Shown here: piece after piece, positions 61,201-64,000 of the stretch
Position numbering within the stretch: position 1 is the first letter of the stretch
Layout: every line of letters starts with the position of its first letter
Source: Raillietiella orientalis
Lineage: Eukaryota
Direction: 5' to 3'
NCBI GenBank assembly: GCA_036172245.1
Contig: JAYWIR010000033.1
Coordinates: 1,178,001-1,242,000, forward strand
DNA length: 64,000 nucleotides
Notes under the pieces: generated by a model
The model's database searches: none
What the model saw: only the letters and a program-made list of their open reading frames with translations
Told to the model about the DNA's origin: nothing
Program-made: the position numbers and the translations under genes

Positions 61201-63249
61201 ACCGTTGGGAAAGTGCAGGTTCGACAGATCAGCTCTGCAAGAAGGAAAAAAAAAAAAAAAAAAAAAATACGCAAATAAACTCGACACTCAACTAGCATGA
61301 TATTCATAAAAATACCGAATGGGAATTCCTTAGACCACGCAGGAACCGGGAGTGAAAGCGGACAAGCCAGACGGATGCAAACGCAATGGGATGAGTTGTC
61401 TCGAGCTGGAGCTCAGACGAGATCTCCGGCAAGGGAAGCCGCCAGCAACTGATCCATCGAGAGATTCTCCTGTTCAGCGGGTAGCTCGAGGTCGCATTCA
61501 TGGAAACGGCGTCTGCTCCGCAAGAGCGCATCAGCGGAAATCCGGAAGTTCAATAGACGCGGACTCTGATCCGAGTTGTAAGGCTCTGGTCTTATCTCTG
61601 GTGAAGGTGCAGTGGGAGCTCCCTCCGAAACGCCGGCCTATGAAAGCAGCTCAGGAGGATCGTCCGGAGATTCTCTCCGCCCCTTGGAAAAATCGATGGC
61701 ATCATTAGGTGCCAACCCCGTCTTCATCTGGCTGGGGAAGCCAAACGGGGGCCTGCATATTCACCTCTTGCTCCAGGGAACCTGCAAATAGGGGACGTTT
61801 ATGCTCGTCCCGATTCCGTGCTGGCGTGTGATCGAATTCACCAGGTTCCCCAAATGGTCCTTTCGCCTCGCAACCCGGGAAGGCAGCGAGCAAGAGGAGG
61901 ATCCACACTCGAGTGGGCATTAGTGGTCACGAACTCGAAATGCACGGGGGAGGGGGGGGGGGAACTTCCAGCCATGGCGAAACCAGGGATGACGCAAGCG
62001 CAGATATTAAGATTTTCGAGTTGAGTGGCGGAGTGACCGCTTCGCGGCAGCGCTTTATTTTCGGAGTTCTCTCGACGGCATGGCAACGATCCGTTCCAGA
62101 GAAAGGATGCTTTGAAAGGTTCCTTTCTTCTTCCCTTTTTTTTTTTTTAATCCCGGATAGCGGAAAAGGGCTTCATGACAGGATGCTCCTTCCTGGCTTC
62201 CATGCGGAGAGAGTGCCCTTTTCATACGAAAACGCCTAAAAAGCCAAACATCTCGTCTGGTGGGGGCGGAACGCCTCGACTCCTTATTTCTTTCGAGCAT
62301 GGAACTGAGCCAGGATGTGAATCCTTCCGCAAATCTTGGAACCTGCTGATTTCGATCCCTCCAGCATCATCCTCTGCTTCCTTCCAACCCTACTCCATCT
62401 TCCCGAAATCTGCACGGCGCGCGTGTCCATGGTGACCGGCAGAAATCTTGTGGGCGACGTCGTTCGCTTTCCGATCTGCGCGCGGACAGAAAGGCCTTCC
62501 CGCAGCAGCGTCTTCGAGAAGAACTGGTCCAGGGAGGTGAGCGCGCGCTGGAGAGCTGCTTCGTCAGGGTTGCCTGGTCACAAAAAATCACGGCAGCGAA
62601 TTCGCAGCATCTGAAAATAAAGCGAAAGCGCTTGAATTTGAGAGGAAGCATTCCTGAGAGGGTCGGTCAGCCGCCCTCGTCCTTATATGAAGGAACGCGG
62701 AGACGGAAACAGAAGTGACAACCTTCTCATGGATGGCTTCCGGATTTATCCTCACACACTTTGCGCCGATGCTGAGCACGGTATTTGGACCCTGTTCCCT
62801 CGAAGGTTGGTACTGACCTAGAGAGGTAAATGATGCACGAGGTGTTCCGAAATTACTTGAGACGTAAGTTCGATTCCACTCTTTATGAGACGCTGGAAAC
62901 TGAAAGTCCGGAGCTCTCAGTTCGGCTTCGTTTCGCGTCTCATGAGGGAGCTAAGATGCTGGGCATCGCTTCGTGTGATACTTACCTTGAAAAAAACGAT
63001 TAAAGCTGATGACAGGTCGCTAAGAACGGGACTGCTTGAGGAATTCCATTACGGCCACGGACTGCCGCGCTCAGAGCAAAGCAGCTAAGAACTTTGACCA
63101 GAAATCTGCACTCACTTCAAGTCAGCATCCAGAGATCGCTGTGTTTTCGGGCGTACTGAGGAAAGCTGCCCATCACGCGGTGCGATGATGACCAGACTGC
63201 TCCGTAGGATCTCGGCTCTCTGGATCTCGGCCCGCGGAAGACACGAGTT

Positions 63250-63720
63250 GATTAAGCGTGCCTCCTCTAAACTTTGCGGCACGGAATCTCGGGCAAAAAA
63301 ATGTATAAACGAACATCCGAAACAACATAAACGTTACGGCTCTCATCTGGAAATGCCTCTGCGTTTCGCACGACATCCAGTCGGCAATCCCTGAGCATGC
63401 GGTGATCACCGTTCTCCCAGATCCAGATGGATATTTTTTTTCCCACGAACGAACATGTAGCGTGCCGCTCTTTGCGCTCGATCTTGGCGCAGTTGGCTCC
63501 CCTCCACCTGAAGCTGGCACCACCGCGGCCACATGGTGCTCTGAACAGACAAGAACTTGCAGCACGTACCTGAGCTACGAAGTGCTCAGAGAAACCCCTC
63601 GCTGGAAATTCTTCCTGGTGATGGTTGGTGGAAGAAAACAGGACGGGCTCACCGTGGCCGACGATCGGTACACGAATCACCTTAGTGGGCTCACTATTAA
63701 CGAGATGACTGCTGGAACGG
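63250..63720 (+). mobile_element. LINE endonuclease relic
   Basis: DPDGYF (DxxGR-like), VGSPP (VYAP-like) and LVMVGG (LIxGGDFN-like). Confidence 0.4.
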
Positions 63721-64000
63721 CTTCTTAGTTATTTAGAGGTTCATTTTGTGAGCCTGAAAATGCATTCCGAGAGGAAAGAAACCCAAATCAAACACTAATG
63801 AAGAACAACTGCTGTGTGTTCCAGATGTTTTCCCACTTGTCTCACTAGACTGTACAGTGAAACGGACAAAAACAATTTGTGTGCTTGGGGGGGGGGGGGG
63901 AGGAGAAATGATTTTTGGGCAGCTTCCATTACGCTTGGGCAGTGGGACCACAATCGCCTTCTCAGGCAAACGGCTTGTCTTTGGGTATGCAGACAGGTGA

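Overview
Eukaryotic (animal, probably a large-genome vertebrate-type) repeat landscape. Most of the window is a nest of heavily decayed non-LTR retrotransposons of the L1/Tx1 clade: ORF1, APE endonuclease, RT and C-terminal zinc-binding relics on both strands, none intact. A ~650-750 bp SINE-like family with a tRNA-like head and an internal ~42-bp minisatellite occurs in at least 5-6 copies. The only gene-like signal is a GC/CpG island at ~54.2-55.4 kb with a candidate first coding exon (signal-peptide-like, strong splice donor) preceded by an overlapping uORF. Notable structure: a 259-bp near-perfect inverted duplication bracketing an apparently inverted 1.27-kb segment, a perfect 20-bp-arm palindrome, a 310-bp dispersed duplication, a shared non-poly(A) 3' terminal motif on the Tx1-like copies, two AT-rich islands, and little visible CpG depletion in old TEs. 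No rRNA, intact tRNA, CRISPR or complete CDS was found, and I see no clear new multi-gene system. Boundaries of decayed relics are approximate and their motif matches are by eye.
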